Assembly (NCBI GenBank): GCA_026397175.1
Contig: JAPLVK010000015.1
Coordinates: 4,996 to 68,995 of the forward strand
Length of the DNA stretch: 64,000 bases
Direction: 5' to 3'
Origin: Candidatus Berkelbacteria bacterium
Lineage (GTDB): Bacteria > Patescibacteriota > UBA1384 > DTJR01
Part shown: in pieces, positions 27,195 through 38,723 of the stretch
Layout: each line of letters opens with the position of its first letter
Numbering within the stretch: the stretch's first letter is position 1
Position numbers and translations under genes: made by a program
The notes under the pieces: generated by a model
The model's input: only the letters and a program-made list of their open reading frames with translations
What the model was told of the DNA's origin: nothing
Database searches by the model: none

Positions 27195-28496
27195 ATGTTA
27201 AACATAGATTTTATCAAGGAGAACAAAGAGAAGGTTTCAAAAGCAATTAAGGACAAGGGGATCAAACTAAATCTCGATGAACTTTTGAAAGTAGACGAGG
27301 AACGAAGGTCTCAAATTTCTAAAATCGATGAATTGCGGGCCAAGCAAAACGAATTTAACAAAAAAATAAACTCTGTTTCGGATAAAGAAAAACCCGAGGC
27401 AATAAAGGGTATGAAATCAATTTCAGACGAAATTAAAAAATTCGAACCAGCCCTCAAAAAAACCGAAAGCAAGTGGCAAGAGCTCATGTATTTGGTGCCG
27501 AATATCCCATCAGACGACACACCGATTGGACCCGACGATAAATCAAATAAAGTAGTCGAGGAATGGGGCGAAAAACCGAAGTTTGATTTTAAATTTAAAG
27601 ATCATTTAACGCTTGGCAAGGAACTCGATTTATTTGATCTCGAGAGAGGTGTTAAAGTTTCCGGATTCAGGGGCTATTATCTCAAAAATGAAGCGGCGGT
27701 TTTGCAAGTCGCGCTTCTATTCTATGCATTTCAAAAAATGATCAAGCAGGGATTTACACCGATGATTACGCCGACCATCTTAAAATCATTTGCGCTTTAC
27801 GGTTCGGGGCATTTTCCGTTTGGTAAAGACGACATTTATGAACTTTCAAATACCGGCAAAGACGAAAAAGGCAAACAAATCGGAGAAAATTTGTATTTGG
27901 CGGGTACATCGGAGCCGGCCCTTTTGGGTTATCTTTCGGGTGAAACCATAAAATTCGAGGACTTGCCGGTTAAACTTTGTGGTTTCTCACAGTGCTACCG
28001 AAACGAGGTTGGTTCTTACGGCAAAGACACCAAAGGACTTTATCGAATTCACGAATTTATGAAAGTCGAGCAGGCGGTAATTTGCGAAGCGGACGAAAAA
28101 ATATCCGAAGAGTGGTTGCAGAAAATGAGGGGCTTCTCGCAAGAAATTCTTAAAGAATTAAAATTACCACACAGGGTTTTGGCGATCTGCACGGGTGATA
28201 TGGGCGCAGGCAAACGAAAAATGTACGACATCGAAACATATATGCCATCTCGTGACGGTTACGGCGAAACCCATTCCGATTCGGACTTGACCGATTGGCA
28301 GATGCGACGACTTAATATTAAATATACCGACAAAGATGGTAAGAAAAAATTCGCATATGCCTTAAATAATACCGTTATAGCAAGCCCCAGAATTTTAATT
28401 GCCGTTTTAGAAAATTTCCAAAATAAAGACGGATCAATTGATATTCCGGAGGTATTACAGCCATTATGCGGATTTAAGAAAATTGAGAAGAAATAA
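27195..28496 (+). CDS. serS: serine--tRNA ligase
   Basis: N-terminal coiled coil; class II motifs (FRGYYLKNE..., GSGHFPF, GDMGAG). Confidence 0.9.
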   Translation: MLNIDFIKENKEKVSKAIKDKGIKLNLDELLKVDEERRSQISKIDELRAKQNEFNKKINSVSDKEKPEAIKGMKSISDEIKKFEPALKKTESKWQELMYLVPNIPSDDTPIGPDDKSNKVVEEWGEKPKFDFKFKDHLTLGKELDLFDLERGVKVSGFRGYYLKNEAAVLQVALLFYAFQKMIKQGFTPMITPTILKSFALYGSGHFPFGKDDIYELSNTGKDEKGKQIGENLYLAGTSEPALLGYLSGETIKFEDLPVKLCGFSQCYRNEVGSYGKDTKGLYRIHEFMKVEQAVICEADEKISEEWLQKMRGFSQEILKELKLPHRVLAICTGDMGAGKRKMYDIETYMPSRDGYGETHSDSDLTDWQMRRLNIKYTDKDGKKKFAYALNNTVIASPRILIAVLENFQNKDGSIDIPEVLQPLCGFKKIEKK

Positions 28497-28517
28497 TATC
28501 TAAAGGAATAAAGCAAA

Positions 28518-28871
28518 ATGAAATTCCAAATAAAGTCATTATCCGGACAATTATCCGAAGACGAAAAAAAATTGATCAGAAAAAAACTTCTTTGGCTCGA
28601 AGAGCATCTTGCAAATAACGCCGAGTTAACGGTTGGAGTAAGACAGCATATTACCAAAAAAAGCAATCAGGCCTACGAAGTCGTTTTGCATCTTTTTATT
28701 CCACAGACAAAAAAGCCGATTTATATCAAGGTTTTTAGAAATAGTTTGATGGAAGCGCTTGATAAATCAAAAGCAAAAATCGAGAGAGTGGTTGTGCGCC
28801 AAAAGGAAAAAGGGAAAGGCAAATTTCACCTAAGCGTGCCTAAAATTTCTTTGTTTAGAAAGGCAAAATGA
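28518..28871 (+). CDS. hpf: ribosome hibernation promoting factor (RaiA/HPF family)
   Basis: Size and pattern of the sigma-54 modulation protein/S30EA family. Confidence 0.7.
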   Translation: MKFQIKSLSGQLSEDEKKLIRKKLLWLEEHLANNAELTVGVRQHITKKSNQAYEVVLHLFIPQTKKPIYIKVFRNSLMEALDKSKAKIERVVVRQKEKGKGKFHLSVPKISLFRKAK

Positions 28872-31159
28872 GTATTCTGACAGCTATTTTCGGCTCTGGC
28901 AATAAAAGGGAAGTTGCGAAAATTCAACCAGTCGTTGAAAAAATTAACGAGCTCGAAAAATCATTCGAAAAATTATCGGATATCGAATTAAAAGCAAAAA
29001 CAGACGAGCTCAAACAAAAATTGACGGACGGGGTAAGTGAGGAAGAAATTTTGCCCATGGCCTTCGCCACGGTTCGCGAAGCGGCAAAAAGGGAAATCGG
29101 GCAAAGACATTTTGATGTTCAGTTAATCGGTGGTGTTGTTTTGAATCAAGGTAAAATCGCTGAAATGAGAACAGGCGAAGGCAAGACCTTGGTCGCGACA
29201 CTTCCGCTTTATTTAAATGCTTTGTATGGCAAAGGCGCTCATCTAGTTACGGTCAACGATTATTTGGCAAAATTTCAGGGTGAGTGGATGGGGCGAATTT
29301 ACGATCGGTTGGGACTTAAAACCGGTGTTATTCAAAATCAAGGTATCAGCTTTATTTTCGATCGCGGTTGGATTAAAAATTCCGAAGAAAATGGAGAGTT
29401 AGCTGATCAAGAAGATGGTAAAAAAGCCGGAGCGGTTGTTGACGAAAATTTAAAGCCATGCACCCGCAAGCAAGCGTATGCGGCCGATATAACTTATGGA
29501 ACTAATAACGAATATGGCTTTGATTATCTTCGCGACAACATGGCTCAAAGCCCGGAGCAAATTGCGCAGGGCGAGCTTTTTTACGCCATCGTGGACGAGG
29601 TTGACTCAATCTTAATTGACGAAGCCAGAACGCCTTTAATTATTTCCGCTCCGGCCGAAGAATCCGCTGACTTATATGCAAAATTTGCGGGGATTGTCCC
29701 GCGATTAAAAAAAGAAGTTCATTTTGAGGTGGATGAAAAAATGCGTGCGGCGACACTGACCGATGCCGGTATTTCAGAGCTTGAGAAAATTATGGGAATT
29801 GACAATATTTATCAACCTGAAACGATCGCCATGGTTCATCATCTCGAAGAGGCCTTAAAGGCCCATGCGCTTTTTAAAAAAAACAAGGACTATATTGTTA
29901 AAGATGGAGAAGTAATTATCGTTGATGAATTTACGGGGCGCATGATGCCGGGGCGAAGATATTCCGAAGGACTGCATCAAGCAATTGAGGCCAAAGAGGG
30001 CGTGCAGATTAACCGTGAATCAGATACTTTGGCCACAATTTCGTTTCAGAACTTTTTTAGATTGTACAAAAAATTGGGAGGGATGACTGGAACGGCGGCA
30101 ACGGAGGCAGAGGAATTCAGCAAAATTTACGAGCTTGAAGTAGTGGAAATTCCAACTCATAAAGACATGATAAGAAGCGATCTGCAGGATCAAATTTATA
30201 AAACCGAGGACGCAAAATTTGATGCTATTGTCAAAAAAATAAAAGAGTTAAACGATAAAAATCAGCCGGTTTTGGTGGGTACGATTTCGATTGCCAAATC
30301 CGAAAAACTCTCCAAACTTTTAAATAGAGTTGGGATTAAGCATCAAATCTTAAACGCTAAGCACCACGAAAAAGAAGCCAAGATTATTACGCAGGCGGGA
30401 CGATCAAGCCAAGTTACGGTTGCCACAAACATGGCTGGGCGAGGTGTTGACATAATTTTGGGCGGAAATCCGCCAATTAAGGAAGATGCTGAAATTGTCA
30501 AAAAAGCCGGCGGTCTTTATGTTTTGGGAACGGAGCGACACGAATCAAGAAGAATAGACAACCAGCTAAGAGGTCGCGCCGGTCGTCAAGGCGACTCCGG
30601 CGCAAGTCAATTTTTCATTTCGATGGAAGATGAGTTGATGAGAATTTTTGGCGGTCAAAAATTGCAGAATCTTATGGGACGCCTGGGACTTCCGGACGAT
30701 CAGCCGATCGAGCACTCTCTTATTTCAAAATCAATCGAATCAGCCCAAAGAAGGGTTGAGGGGCACAACTTTGACATCAGAAAACATCTTGTCGAATATG
30801 ATGATGTAATGAACAAGCAGAGAGAAGTTCTGTATCGCCGCCGCAGAAAAATATTAATGCTCGATCCGACCAAAGATGATTCTTTGCATGGTGAAATTTT
30901 GGCAAAATTAGCCGAAGCGGAAGCGCAGGATTTTAAGGCAAGAACCGCAAAAGTTCCAATCCCAAATTTGTTCGAATTAGAGCGGAGAATATTTTTGTCA
31001 ATAATTGATCAATTTTGGATTGAGCATCTTAACACCATGGACCAACTGCGCGACTCAATCGGGCTTCGCGGTTACGGACAAGTGGATCCGCTGATCGTTT
31101 ACAAGGAGGAGTCGCTCACTCTTTTCGAAGGACTGTTAAGATCAATTGACGAAAGTTGA
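28868..31159 (+). CDS. secA: preprotein translocase ATPase SecA (C-terminal tail continues in another frame)
   Basis: DEAD-like motor motifs ([23 protein letters not shown]), HSD/HWD. Confidence 0.9.
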   Translation: MSILTAIFGSGNKREVAKIQPVVEKINELEKSFEKLSDIELKAKTDELKQKLTDGVSEEEILPMAFATVREAAKREIGQRHFDVQLIGGVVLNQGKIAEMRTGEGKTLVATLPLYLNALYGKGAHLVTVNDYLAKFQGEWMGRIYDRLGLKTGVIQNQGISFIFDRGWIKNSEENGELADQEDGKKAGAVVDENLKPCTRKQAYAADITYGTNNEYGFDYLRDNMAQSPEQIAQGELFYAIVDEVDSILIDEARTPLIISAPAEESADLYAKFAGIVPRLKKEVHFEVDEKMRAATLTDAGISELEKIMGIDNIYQPETIAMVHHLEEALKAHALFKKNKDYIVKDGEVIIVDEFTGRMMPGRRYSEGLHQAIEAKEGVQINRESDTLATISFQNFFRLYKKLGGMTGTAATEAEEFSKIYELEVVEIPTHKDMIRSDLQDQIYKTEDAKFDAIVKKIKELNDKNQPVLVGTISIAKSEKLSKLLNRVGIKHQILNAKHHEKEAKIITQAGRSSQVTVATNMAGRGVDIILGGNPPIKEDAEIVKKAGGLYVLGTERHESRRIDNQLRGRAGRQGDSGASQFFISMEDELMRIFGGQKLQNLMGRLGLPDDQPIEHSLISKSIESAQRRVEGHNFDIRKHLVEYDDVMNKQREVLYRRRRKILMLDPTKDDSLHGEILAKLAEAEAQDFKARTAKVPIPNLFELERRIFLSIIDQFWIEHLNTMDQLRDSIGLRGYGQVDPLIVYKEESLTLFEGLLRSIDES

Positions 31160-31520
31160 TTTTGATCAAACCCAAGCACCCAAGCAAACCGTTCAACCAA
31201 AAGTGAATCCCCTTGAATATCATGGGGCAGACGAGGCGGAAGGGGCAGATGCGATGAAAGAAGTTGAAGATAATATGGAAACCGCCGTGGTTGCTCAAAA
31301 AAACGAAATCGTCCAGACAAAATCGCCGAAGGATCAAGACCAAAAGATAGAAAAACAAATCAAGTCAAAAGGCGTCATAACAACTATTCGCTCCGCTTCA
31401 GACAGAATGGAAAGCGCTATGCGCCAGAGTAGCCAGCCATCGAGTGGTCAAAAAATCGGCAGAAATGATCCGTGTGTTTGCGGGAGTGGAAAAAAATATA
31501 AAAAATGTTGCGGAAGATAA
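31146..31520 (+). CDS. SecA C-terminal linker plus SEC-C zinc-finger tail ([20 protein letters not shown]) in shifted frame
   Basis: SEC-C metal-binding motif at the C-terminus; frame differs from secA by 1 nt; TTG start in the ORF track. Confidence 0.5.
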   Translation: MTKVDFDQTQAPKQTVQPKVNPLEYHGADEAEGADAMKEVEDNMETAVVAQKNEIVQTKSPKDQDQKIEKQIKSKGVITTIRSASDRMESAMRQSSQPSSGQKIGRNDPCVCGSGKKYKKCCGR

Positions 31521-31523
31521 AAA

Positions 31524-31841
31524 ATGTCACTTGAGGAAGTCAAAAAACGGGGAGTGAATCTTGTAAAAAGATTCGAAAAATCAGAACCACGAAGATGGTC
31601 CATTGAGGGTTCGGTGATGGAGCTCTCAACTGAAGTGGGTGATCTGGCCGATTTAGTCCTGCGCAAAGAATATTACAAAAAAAATATTTATGATGATTTG
31701 GATTATCAAATTCAAGACGAAATCGCCGATATTTTGTTGGTCGCCTGTCGCATTGCCGATTATTACAATATAAATCTGGATAAGGCCTTTTCCGAAATGG
31801 AAAAGGTTGTTGATGATCGCTTAAAAAGTAGAGGACTTTAA
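31524..31841 (+). CDS. MazG-like nucleotide pyrophosphohydrolase (small)
   Basis: EVGDLADLV...EIADILLVACRIA pattern. Confidence 0.65.
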   Translation: MSLEEVKKRGVNLVKRFEKSEPRRWSIEGSVMELSTEVGDLADLVLRKEYYKKNIYDDLDYQIQDEIADILLVACRIADYYNINLDKAFSEMEKVVDDRLKSRGL

Positions 31842-33562
31842 TGATTTCAAATAAAGTTCTGGCCGAGCAGTTTTCTAAATTCGCGGAACTTTTAGAACTA
31901 AAAGGCGAAATTCGATTTAAAATTGTTGCGTACCAAAGAGCGGCGCAGACAATTTCAAATTTTGGTGAACCGCTCGAGCTAACTTACGAAAAAGAAGGAA
32001 CGGAAGGACTCCAAAAAATCAATTCAATTGGCAAAAGTATTTCAAACAAAATCGCCGAGTATATTCAAAAGGGAAAAATTCGTGAGTTAGAGGACTTGAA
32101 AAAAGGTTTTCCTCGTGCGGAAATTGAGTTTATGGAAATTCCGGGTGTCGGCCCAAAAACCGCCAAAAATCTTTTCTTAAAATTAAAAGCTCATAATATT
32201 TCCGACTTAAAGAAAAAACTAAAATCCACGGGACATAAACATTTTAAAGAAAAAACCCTGCAAAACATTTTTCGCGGGATTGAAATTATGGAAGGGTTCG
32301 ACAAAAGAGTCCTTTTATTTGAGGCCAAGGATTATGTTGATGAAATTGTAGATTATTTAAAACAAGACAAAAATCTTAAAAAAATATTTCCGGTCGGCAG
32401 CTTCAGGCGATGGAAAGAAACAGTAGGAGACATAGACATCATCGCCGTTTCACCTAATCCTAAATTAGTAATCGGGAGATTCGTCAAATTTCCGGAATTT
32501 ATAGAAATTATTTCACAAGGAGTTGCCAAAAGCACCGTGATTCATAAATCAGGAATTCAAGTTGACTTGGAAATTTTGCCGCAAAAGTCATTTGGATCTC
32601 TTTTGCAACATTTCACGGGCTCAAAAGAACACAATGTTCACCTTCGAACCTACGCGCAGACAAAGGGACTAAGTGTCTCGGAGCATGGAATCAAAATTGT
32701 AGGCGGTACAAATGCAGGTAAAATAATTTATTGCGAAACCGAAATAGAGGTCTATAAAACACTGGGACTTTCTTATATTGAGCCGGAGCTTCGCGAAGAC
32801 CGAGGTGAAATCGAGGCGTCTTTGCGGCAAGCGAAAGGTGAAAAATTAGGGCTTCCGAAAGGTGATTTACATGTTCATTCAAATTGGTCAGACGGGCAAA
32901 ATTCGATTGAAGAAATAGTTAAGAAAGCGATTGATTTGGACTATGAGTATGTTGCAATTGCCGATCACACCGTCAGCTTGGGAGTTGCGGGAGGGCTTAA
33001 TGAAAGTGAGTTTGACAAAAGAGAAAAAGAAATTCATAAAGTTCAAAAGAAATATCCTCAAATCAAAATTTTTAATTCTTGCGAGGTAAATATCAGGCCA
33101 AGCGGCTCGCTTGATCTTCCGGATAAGCTAATGCAAAAATTTGACATTGTAACGGCTTCGGTGCATTGGAGTTTCAGGCAATCTAAAGACGAGATGACTA
33201 AAAGATTGATCGAAGCGATTAAAAATCCGTTTGTTAATATAATCGGGCACCCAACCGGCCGCATCATTAACCGTCGCGAAAGCTGCCAAGTTGATGGGGC
33301 TCAAATTTTCAAAGAGTGTGCAAATAACAATATAACACTCGAAATCAATGCCCAACCAGACCGTCTTGACCTGCCGGATAGTTTGGTCTATGAAGCCCGC
33401 AAAATTCCGGTTAAATTTGCTGTCTGCACCGACGCCCACTCGGTCTTTCAAATGGAAAGTATGATTTATGGCGTTTCGGTGGCAAGGCGCGGTTGGTGCG
33501 AAAAAAAAGACATTCTAAACACAATGGATCTTAAGCAAATTATTTCCAAAATTAAAAAGTGA
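31841..33562 (+). CDS. polX: DNA polymerase X family (Pol-beta-like NT domain plus C-terminal PHP domain)
   Basis: GSFRRWKETVGDIDII and LHVHSNWSDG PHP motif. Confidence 0.8.
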   Translation: MISNKVLAEQFSKFAELLELKGEIRFKIVAYQRAAQTISNFGEPLELTYEKEGTEGLQKINSIGKSISNKIAEYIQKGKIRELEDLKKGFPRAEIEFMEIPGVGPKTAKNLFLKLKAHNISDLKKKLKSTGHKHFKEKTLQNIFRGIEIMEGFDKRVLLFEAKDYVDEIVDYLKQDKNLKKIFPVGSFRRWKETVGDIDIIAVSPNPKLVIGRFVKFPEFIEIISQGVAKSTVIHKSGIQVDLEILPQKSFGSLLQHFTGSKEHNVHLRTYAQTKGLSVSEHGIKIVGGTNAGKIIYCETEIEVYKTLGLSYIEPELREDRGEIEASLRQAKGEKLGLPKGDLHVHSNWSDGQNSIEEIVKKAIDLDYEYVAIADHTVSLGVAGGLNESEFDKREKEIHKVQKKYPQIKIFNSCEVNIRPSGSLDLPDKLMQKFDIVTASVHWSFRQSKDEMTKRLIEAIKNPFVNIIGHPTGRIINRRESCQVDGAQIFKECANNNITLEINAQPDRLDLPDSLVYEARKIPVKFAVCTDAHSVFQMESMIYGVSVARRGWCEKKDILNTMDLKQIISKIKK

Positions 33563-33563
33563 A

Positions 33564-35297
33564 ATGAGTTTAAAGAGGGGCAGGCGAATTTCTTTTTTTC
33601 TAAAATTATTATTTTGTATTTCTGTTTTCTGCGGTTTTTTAATATTTTTTCCTCAACTTGCAGTCCAGCCGGAAAGCCAAACAAAAAATTCGCAAGATAT
33701 TTCGACAATCATCATTCCCCACTTTGATTTTTTTAAAGATAAACGACAGGCCTTTATTGACTCGCTTCCCAACGATCTCAACCCCAAAAAAATTATTGTG
33801 GTCTCCGTTGATCATTTTAATGCCGGGCCGACTGATATTACAATAACCAAAAAGTCATGGAATTTTCAAAATGTAAAAATTTCGCCAGAAAATGAAATGT
33901 ATGAGAACCTTATAGACCTAAAAATCGCCTCATCTGATGATATTACTTTTGACACGGAACACGGAATTAAAAATGTTTTACCGGACCTGGCCCAGCGCTT
34001 TAAAAAAGCGGAATTTTTACCGATAATAATAAAAAGTACAACTCCTAAAAATGAAGTTGATAAACTAAACGATCAACTCACAAAATGTAAAGATTGTTTG
34101 CTCGTGGCTTCGGTTGATTTTTCCCATTACAACCAAAGTGCTCTTGCTGAAATCCATGACCAATATTCTGTGGATGCATTATCAGATCTAGATTTAGATA
34201 AAATTTGGTCTGCAGAAACCGACTCGCCGCAAACACTTTATTTAGCTGCGCGATTTGCTAAAGAAAAAGATACACCAAACTTCGATTTATTTTTTAATTC
34301 AAATTCCGGTGAAGCGGCCTCAAAAGACGACTCCGAGACCACAAGTGTGGTTATCGGATCATATAGTTTGAAGGAGTCATCGCAAAAAATCGAAAAATCG
34401 GCAACTTTTCTTTTTGGTGGCGATTTAATGTTTGATCGCTTAATTAATCATCAATTTAAAGATACTGGCTTCGACAAAATTTTTGATCAATTTGGAAACC
34501 GTGTTTTTTGGGGAAGCGATCTGGCAGTTGCAAACCTCGAAGGTCCGATTTCGGATCAACCAATTCTAGATGATGTTTCGACCGATAATCTTGTTTTCAA
34601 TTTTCCGACCAAATCACTTGATGCATTAAGATTTTTAAAATTAAATGCGGTTTCCCTTGCCAACAATCACACCTCAAATGCCGGTCAGAGTGGCTTTGAT
34701 ATTACAAAAGCACTTTTAGTCAAAAATCAGATCGGATTTTTTGGTAGCTCCGATGGAATAAATAAAAATTCGGTTAAGGAGTTTTTAAGTCCGATCCCAA
34801 TTTCTGTAATTGGAGTAAATTTACTTTCAAGTCCAAATGAGCAAGAAATTATCAAAATGATAAAAGACGAAAAAAATAAAGATAATTTTGTTATTTTATA
34901 TCCCCATTGGGGTAGTGAATATCAAAAAAAACATTCGGCTAATCAGTCAAGTGTTGCTCACAGTTGGATTGATAACGGCGCCGATATGATCATCGGGAGT
35001 CATCCGCATGTTACACAGGACTTTGAAATTTATAATGGCAAACCAATTATTTATTCACTCGGTAATTTACTTTTTGACCAGACATTTTCTCTAGATACGC
35101 AAGAAGGTCTTTTGGTTGGGGGAATAATCACTGAAAAGAATGTCCAAATTTCTTTTTTTCCAACTAGGCAAGTCAAGTTAAAACCGGAGCTTTTGGTCGG
35201 CGCCGAAAAACAAGCCAAAATCGAATCCATCATTAATATTGAAGGGCAAAACGGTTTCAAGAAGCTAAAAAGTGATACAATAACAATAGATAGATAA
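33564..35297 (+). CDS. CapA/PGA-biosynthesis-family metallophosphatase with extra N-terminal domain, secreted/membrane-anchored
   Basis: GGDLMFDR, NLEGPI, ANNHTSNAG, GSHPHV...YSLGNLLFDQ motifs. Confidence 0.7.
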   Translation: MSLKRGRRISFFLKLLFCISVFCGFLIFFPQLAVQPESQTKNSQDISTIIIPHFDFFKDKRQAFIDSLPNDLNPKKIIVVSVDHFNAGPTDITITKKSWNFQNVKISPENEMYENLIDLKIASSDDITFDTEHGIKNVLPDLAQRFKKAEFLPIIIKSTTPKNEVDKLNDQLTKCKDCLLVASVDFSHYNQSALAEIHDQYSVDALSDLDLDKIWSAETDSPQTLYLAARFAKEKDTPNFDLFFNSNSGEAASKDDSETTSVVIGSYSLKESSQKIEKSATFLFGGDLMFDRLINHQFKDTGFDKIFDQFGNRVFWGSDLAVANLEGPISDQPILDDVSTDNLVFNFPTKSLDALRFLKLNAVSLANNHTSNAGQSGFDITKALLVKNQIGFFGSSDGINKNSVKEFLSPIPISVIGVNLLSSPNEQEIIKMIKDEKNKDNFVILYPHWGSEYQKKHSANQSSVAHSWIDNGADMIIGSHPHVTQDFEIYNGKPIIYSLGNLLFDQTFSLDTQEGLLVGGIITEKNVQISFFPTRQVKLKPELLVGAEKQAKIESIINIEGQNGFKKLKSDTITIDR

Positions 35298-35311
35298 TTT
35301 AGGAGGGGACA

Positions 35312-36964
35312 ATGGAAGAGACAATTCAACCGGTTCAACCGGTAAAAAAATCAAGGGGTCTTTTGATTCTGGTCGTTGTTTTGGCAGTTCTTGTGGTGCT
35401 TTTGGGTGGACTTGTGGCTTATGGATTTTATAAGGCAAATAAAGATGTCAAAAAATCAAGTTCACTTCAGACCTCAACGCCGATAGCGGGTTTAGCGACT
35501 ACAACGGCGCAAGCCAGTAAAATAGAGGATCAAGGGGTAACTTGGATTGACCCAGTAAAATTAGATGACCTGAATCTATTTTCCAAAAACGGTGATTTTC
35601 AGGATTTAGGAGAATATCAAAAAACCGATTATTATAAGGTTGGTTCGATGAGTGATGGCCGAAATGTTGTCGTTGCTGTTGTTCGGGGCGCACTGCAAAA
35701 CCATACCTATCGCTTCTTTTTAGAAAGTGGTAAATACAGTGAAATTGTTCAAAACAGCGACTCAAAAGGTGATGATAATTCTTACAATGAAGGTGATTTT
35801 ACCAAAGACAGTGTCTTTCAGTTTAAATCGCTAGTCCCCGATAAAGAAATTATAAAATCGCAAACAAAATTGAGTTATAACTTTAATGGGGGAATTACAA
35901 AAGAAGATGGTTACTCGGATCCAACAAAGATTGTCGAAACAAAATGGGGCAATTTATTCCTTGAAGCCGGCAAAGAGGTAGAGGGATCTGAAGGTATTGC
36001 GAAAGCAGCCCGGTATTACATTAAACTTAATGACTCTACCAGGGCATACTATGATGTTAAGCCGACATTTCTTAGAGATGACGGGACACTTGATATAAAT
36101 TGGTCCGATTCATCGAAAAACAATATTGCCTACTCTAAAATTGCCACAGGCGGTTGCGGAGGCGGACAAGCCACTTTCCCATATATTTCCGATGCCTCTG
36201 CGCTAGACGGTAAAGAACAGGTCGCCTCTGACGCAAAGGTCTACTTCATCTCGAGCAAAGAAAAAGCGCTAGTTAAATTCGGTTACGCTGTCTATAAAAT
36301 GGGTGCCTTTAGCAATCCAAAGTCAATTGATGAATTTGTGAATAATCTTGGAGTTGTAACATGGGTTGATGATTATGGCAATCCGGTTGTTTTTATCAAC
36401 AACGCATTTAAACCGGAAATTGAATGTGGCAAACCGGTCGTTTATCTTTATCCGGAGAAACCGACTCAAGTTCAAGTCAAAGTTGCAGCTGATATTACTA
36501 AATCGGAACCCGAATATAAAAACGGCTGGAATGTTTTAGCGAACCCGGATGGAAAACTGCAACTTGATGGGAAAACATTTCCATATCTCTTCTGGGAGGG
36601 ATTAGGCAAAGGTGTTTACCCGCAAATTGATTTTGGTAGTGTTGTCGCAAAGTCAGATGTTGTAAATAAGATCGAAACGGACCTTAAGTCGATGAATTTA
36701 AATGACAAGGAGATCGCTGATTTTCTTGACTTCTGGACACCAAAAATGCCCGATCAGCCATTCGTTCGATTAAGCTGGCTGACCAACAAGGAACTTGATC
36801 GGCTTGCGCCAATTTCCGTTACGCCAAAGCCCGATTCAATAATTAGGGTATTTCTTGACTTTGTCGGACTAGACAAAAAGATCGATCTCAAACCACAACA
36901 ACTGCCACAATTTGAAAGAAAGGGCTTCAGTGTTGTTGAGTGGGGCGGGCTGCTTAAGCAATAA
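35312..36964 (+). CDS. hypothetical secreted/membrane-anchored protein
   Basis: N-terminal TM; no recognised domain. Confidence 0.45.
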   Translation: MEETIQPVQPVKKSRGLLILVVVLAVLVVLLGGLVAYGFYKANKDVKKSSSLQTSTPIAGLATTTAQASKIEDQGVTWIDPVKLDDLNLFSKNGDFQDLGEYQKTDYYKVGSMSDGRNVVVAVVRGALQNHTYRFFLESGKYSEIVQNSDSKGDDNSYNEGDFTKDSVFQFKSLVPDKEIIKSQTKLSYNFNGGITKEDGYSDPTKIVETKWGNLFLEAGKEVEGSEGIAKAARYYIKLNDSTRAYYDVKPTFLRDDGTLDINWSDSSKNNIAYSKIATGGCGGGQATFPYISDASALDGKEQVASDAKVYFISSKEKALVKFGYAVYKMGAFSNPKSIDEFVNNLGVVTWVDDYGNPVVFINNAFKPEIECGKPVVYLYPEKPTQVQVKVAADITKSEPEYKNGWNVLANPDGKLQLDGKTFPYLFWEGLGKGVYPQIDFGSVVAKSDVVNKIETDLKSMNLNDKEIADFLDFWTPKMPDQPFVRLSWLTNKELDRLAPISVTPKPDSIIRVFLDFVGLDKKIDLKPQQLPQFERKGFSVVEWGGLLKQ

Positions 36965-37076
36965 TAATTTTCAGCTTGTTCTCAAAACAAATTGCTATAC
37001 TAGCAATGCCAGCCAGTCGGATTAATGGTGGCGGGAGCGTTCTGTTTTTGCTATAGTATAAGATACAAAGGAGGAT

Positions 37077-37778
37077 ATGGTAACTCAAGAAAAAGAACCA
37101 ATCATCAATATTCAAGGGGTTTCAAAAAAATATGGTTCAGTCGTAGTTCTTCATGATATAAATCTTAAAATTTACCCCGGAGAATTTGTTATATTGGTAG
37201 GCCCTTCCGGAGCGGGAAAATCCACCTTAATTCGACTTTTAAACCGAGAAGAGAAACCGGACTCGGGAAAAATTATTGTCGCCGGGAGAGATATTACCAA
37301 GCTTTCTTCCGGAGAACTTCCATACTATCGAAGAAACATTGGAACAGTTTTTCAGGACTATAAACTTTTACCGACCCGAAACGCTTGGGAAAATGTCGCT
37401 TACGCTCTTGAGGTGGCGGATGTTTCAGACGAAGAAATCCGCCAAAGAGTCCCAAAGGTTTTAAAAGCGGTGAATCTTGGCGATCATCTCGACGCTTACC
37501 CCAATCAGCTTTCCGGCGGCGAAGCCCAACGGGTCAGTATTGCTAGAGCCCTAATTCATAACCCTAAAATATTAATTGCGGATGAACCAACGGGGAATCT
37601 TGATCCGGAAGCCGGTCAAGAAATAGCCGATATTTTAGAAAAAATAAATTGTCAGGGTACGGTTGTATTGCTTGCCACGCATAATCGTGACCTTGTTGAT
37701 AAAATGAGGAAAAGAGTAATAACTATGAAACAGGGTCGAATTGTTTTAGATCAAAGACAGGGACGATATAATGGCTAA
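37077..37778 (+). CDS. ftsE: cell-division ABC ATPase FtsE
   Basis: Walker A GPSGAGKST, LSGGEAQR, Walker B. Confidence 0.85.
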   Translation: MVTQEKEPIINIQGVSKKYGSVVVLHDINLKIYPGEFVILVGPSGAGKSTLIRLLNREEKPDSGKIIVAGRDITKLSSGELPYYRRNIGTVFQDYKLLPTRNAWENVAYALEVADVSDEEIRQRVPKVLKAVNLGDHLDAYPNQLSGGEAQRVSIARALIHNPKILIADEPTGNLDPEAGQEIADILEKINCQGTVVLLATHNRDLVDKMRKRVITMKQGRIVLDQRQGRYNG

Positions 37779-37788
37779 AAAATAAAAA

Positions 37789-38700
37789 ATGACAAGAATA
37801 AAAAGAATATTTAGAGAAGCGTTTGTGGATTTCTGGCGAAATGGGTGGTTGTCGGTAACCGCTACTTTAATTATGACTTTGGCGCTTTTAACGACCGGCG
37901 TTTTTTTGGTGATGTATCTATCCACAAATAAAATCATCCACGATCTAAAAGACAAAGTTGATATTGTTGTCAATTTTAAAGATGAAGCCAGTGAATCGTT
38001 GATTCAACAATTAAGATCGGAATTAATGGCCAGGCCGCAAATTAAATCGGTCAAATATATTTCAAAAGCAGATGCGCTTGAGGAGTTTAAATCAAGGCCT
38101 TCGGTAAAAGTTGAAGTGCGACAAATGATTTCGTCAGAAGACAATCCTCTGCCTCGTGGATTACAGATCCAGTCCGTTGATCTTAAGGAGTTTGAGTATG
38201 TTTCAAATATTACTAAAAATCCGATTTATGCCCCGCACATTGATTCATCTAGTTATGACGACAATAAGTCGCTGATCGAAAATATAAACGCGACCACCAA
38301 ATTTGCCGAACGATTGGGGTTAGCTTTATCATCGTTCTTTATGTTAATCGCAATTTTGGTTGTCTTCAACACCATCAAATTAGCGGTTTATTTCAGAGCA
38401 AAAGAAATGGAAATTATGCGCCTCGTCGGTGCCTCGGAGTCCTTTGTAAAAACGCCGTTTTTGATCGAGGGATTTCTGTATGGCTTCTTCGCAACGGTTG
38501 TTTCGACAGGGTTGATTTATTTTACTATCAACCTGCTTGCAGCGGTTTCTAAAAATACCATTTTGGATAAATTTATTGTCCGTCTGTTGCCGATTTATTA
38601 TCAAGAGTTTTGGTTTATTGTCGGAGTCGAACTCTTTATTGGAACGGTTTTGGGACTCGGCGCAAGCTGGTTGAGTATTCGAAAAAATGTAAAGGGTTAA
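37789..38700 (+). CDS. ftsX: FtsX permease
   Basis: Position after ftsE; 4-TM FtsX topology. Confidence 0.8.
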   Translation: MTRIKRIFREAFVDFWRNGWLSVTATLIMTLALLTTGVFLVMYLSTNKIIHDLKDKVDIVVNFKDEASESLIQQLRSELMARPQIKSVKYISKADALEEFKSRPSVKVEVRQMISSEDNPLPRGLQIQSVDLKEFEYVSNITKNPIYAPHIDSSSYDDNKSLIENINATTKFAERLGLALSSFFMLIAILVVFNTIKLAVYFRAKEMEIMRLVGASESFVKTPFLIEGFLYGFFATVVSTGLIYFTINLLAAVSKNTILDKFIVRLLPIYYQEFWFIVGVELFIGTVLGLGASWLSIRKNVKG

Positions 38701-38723
38701 TTGTGGTATAATTTAAAATTACT

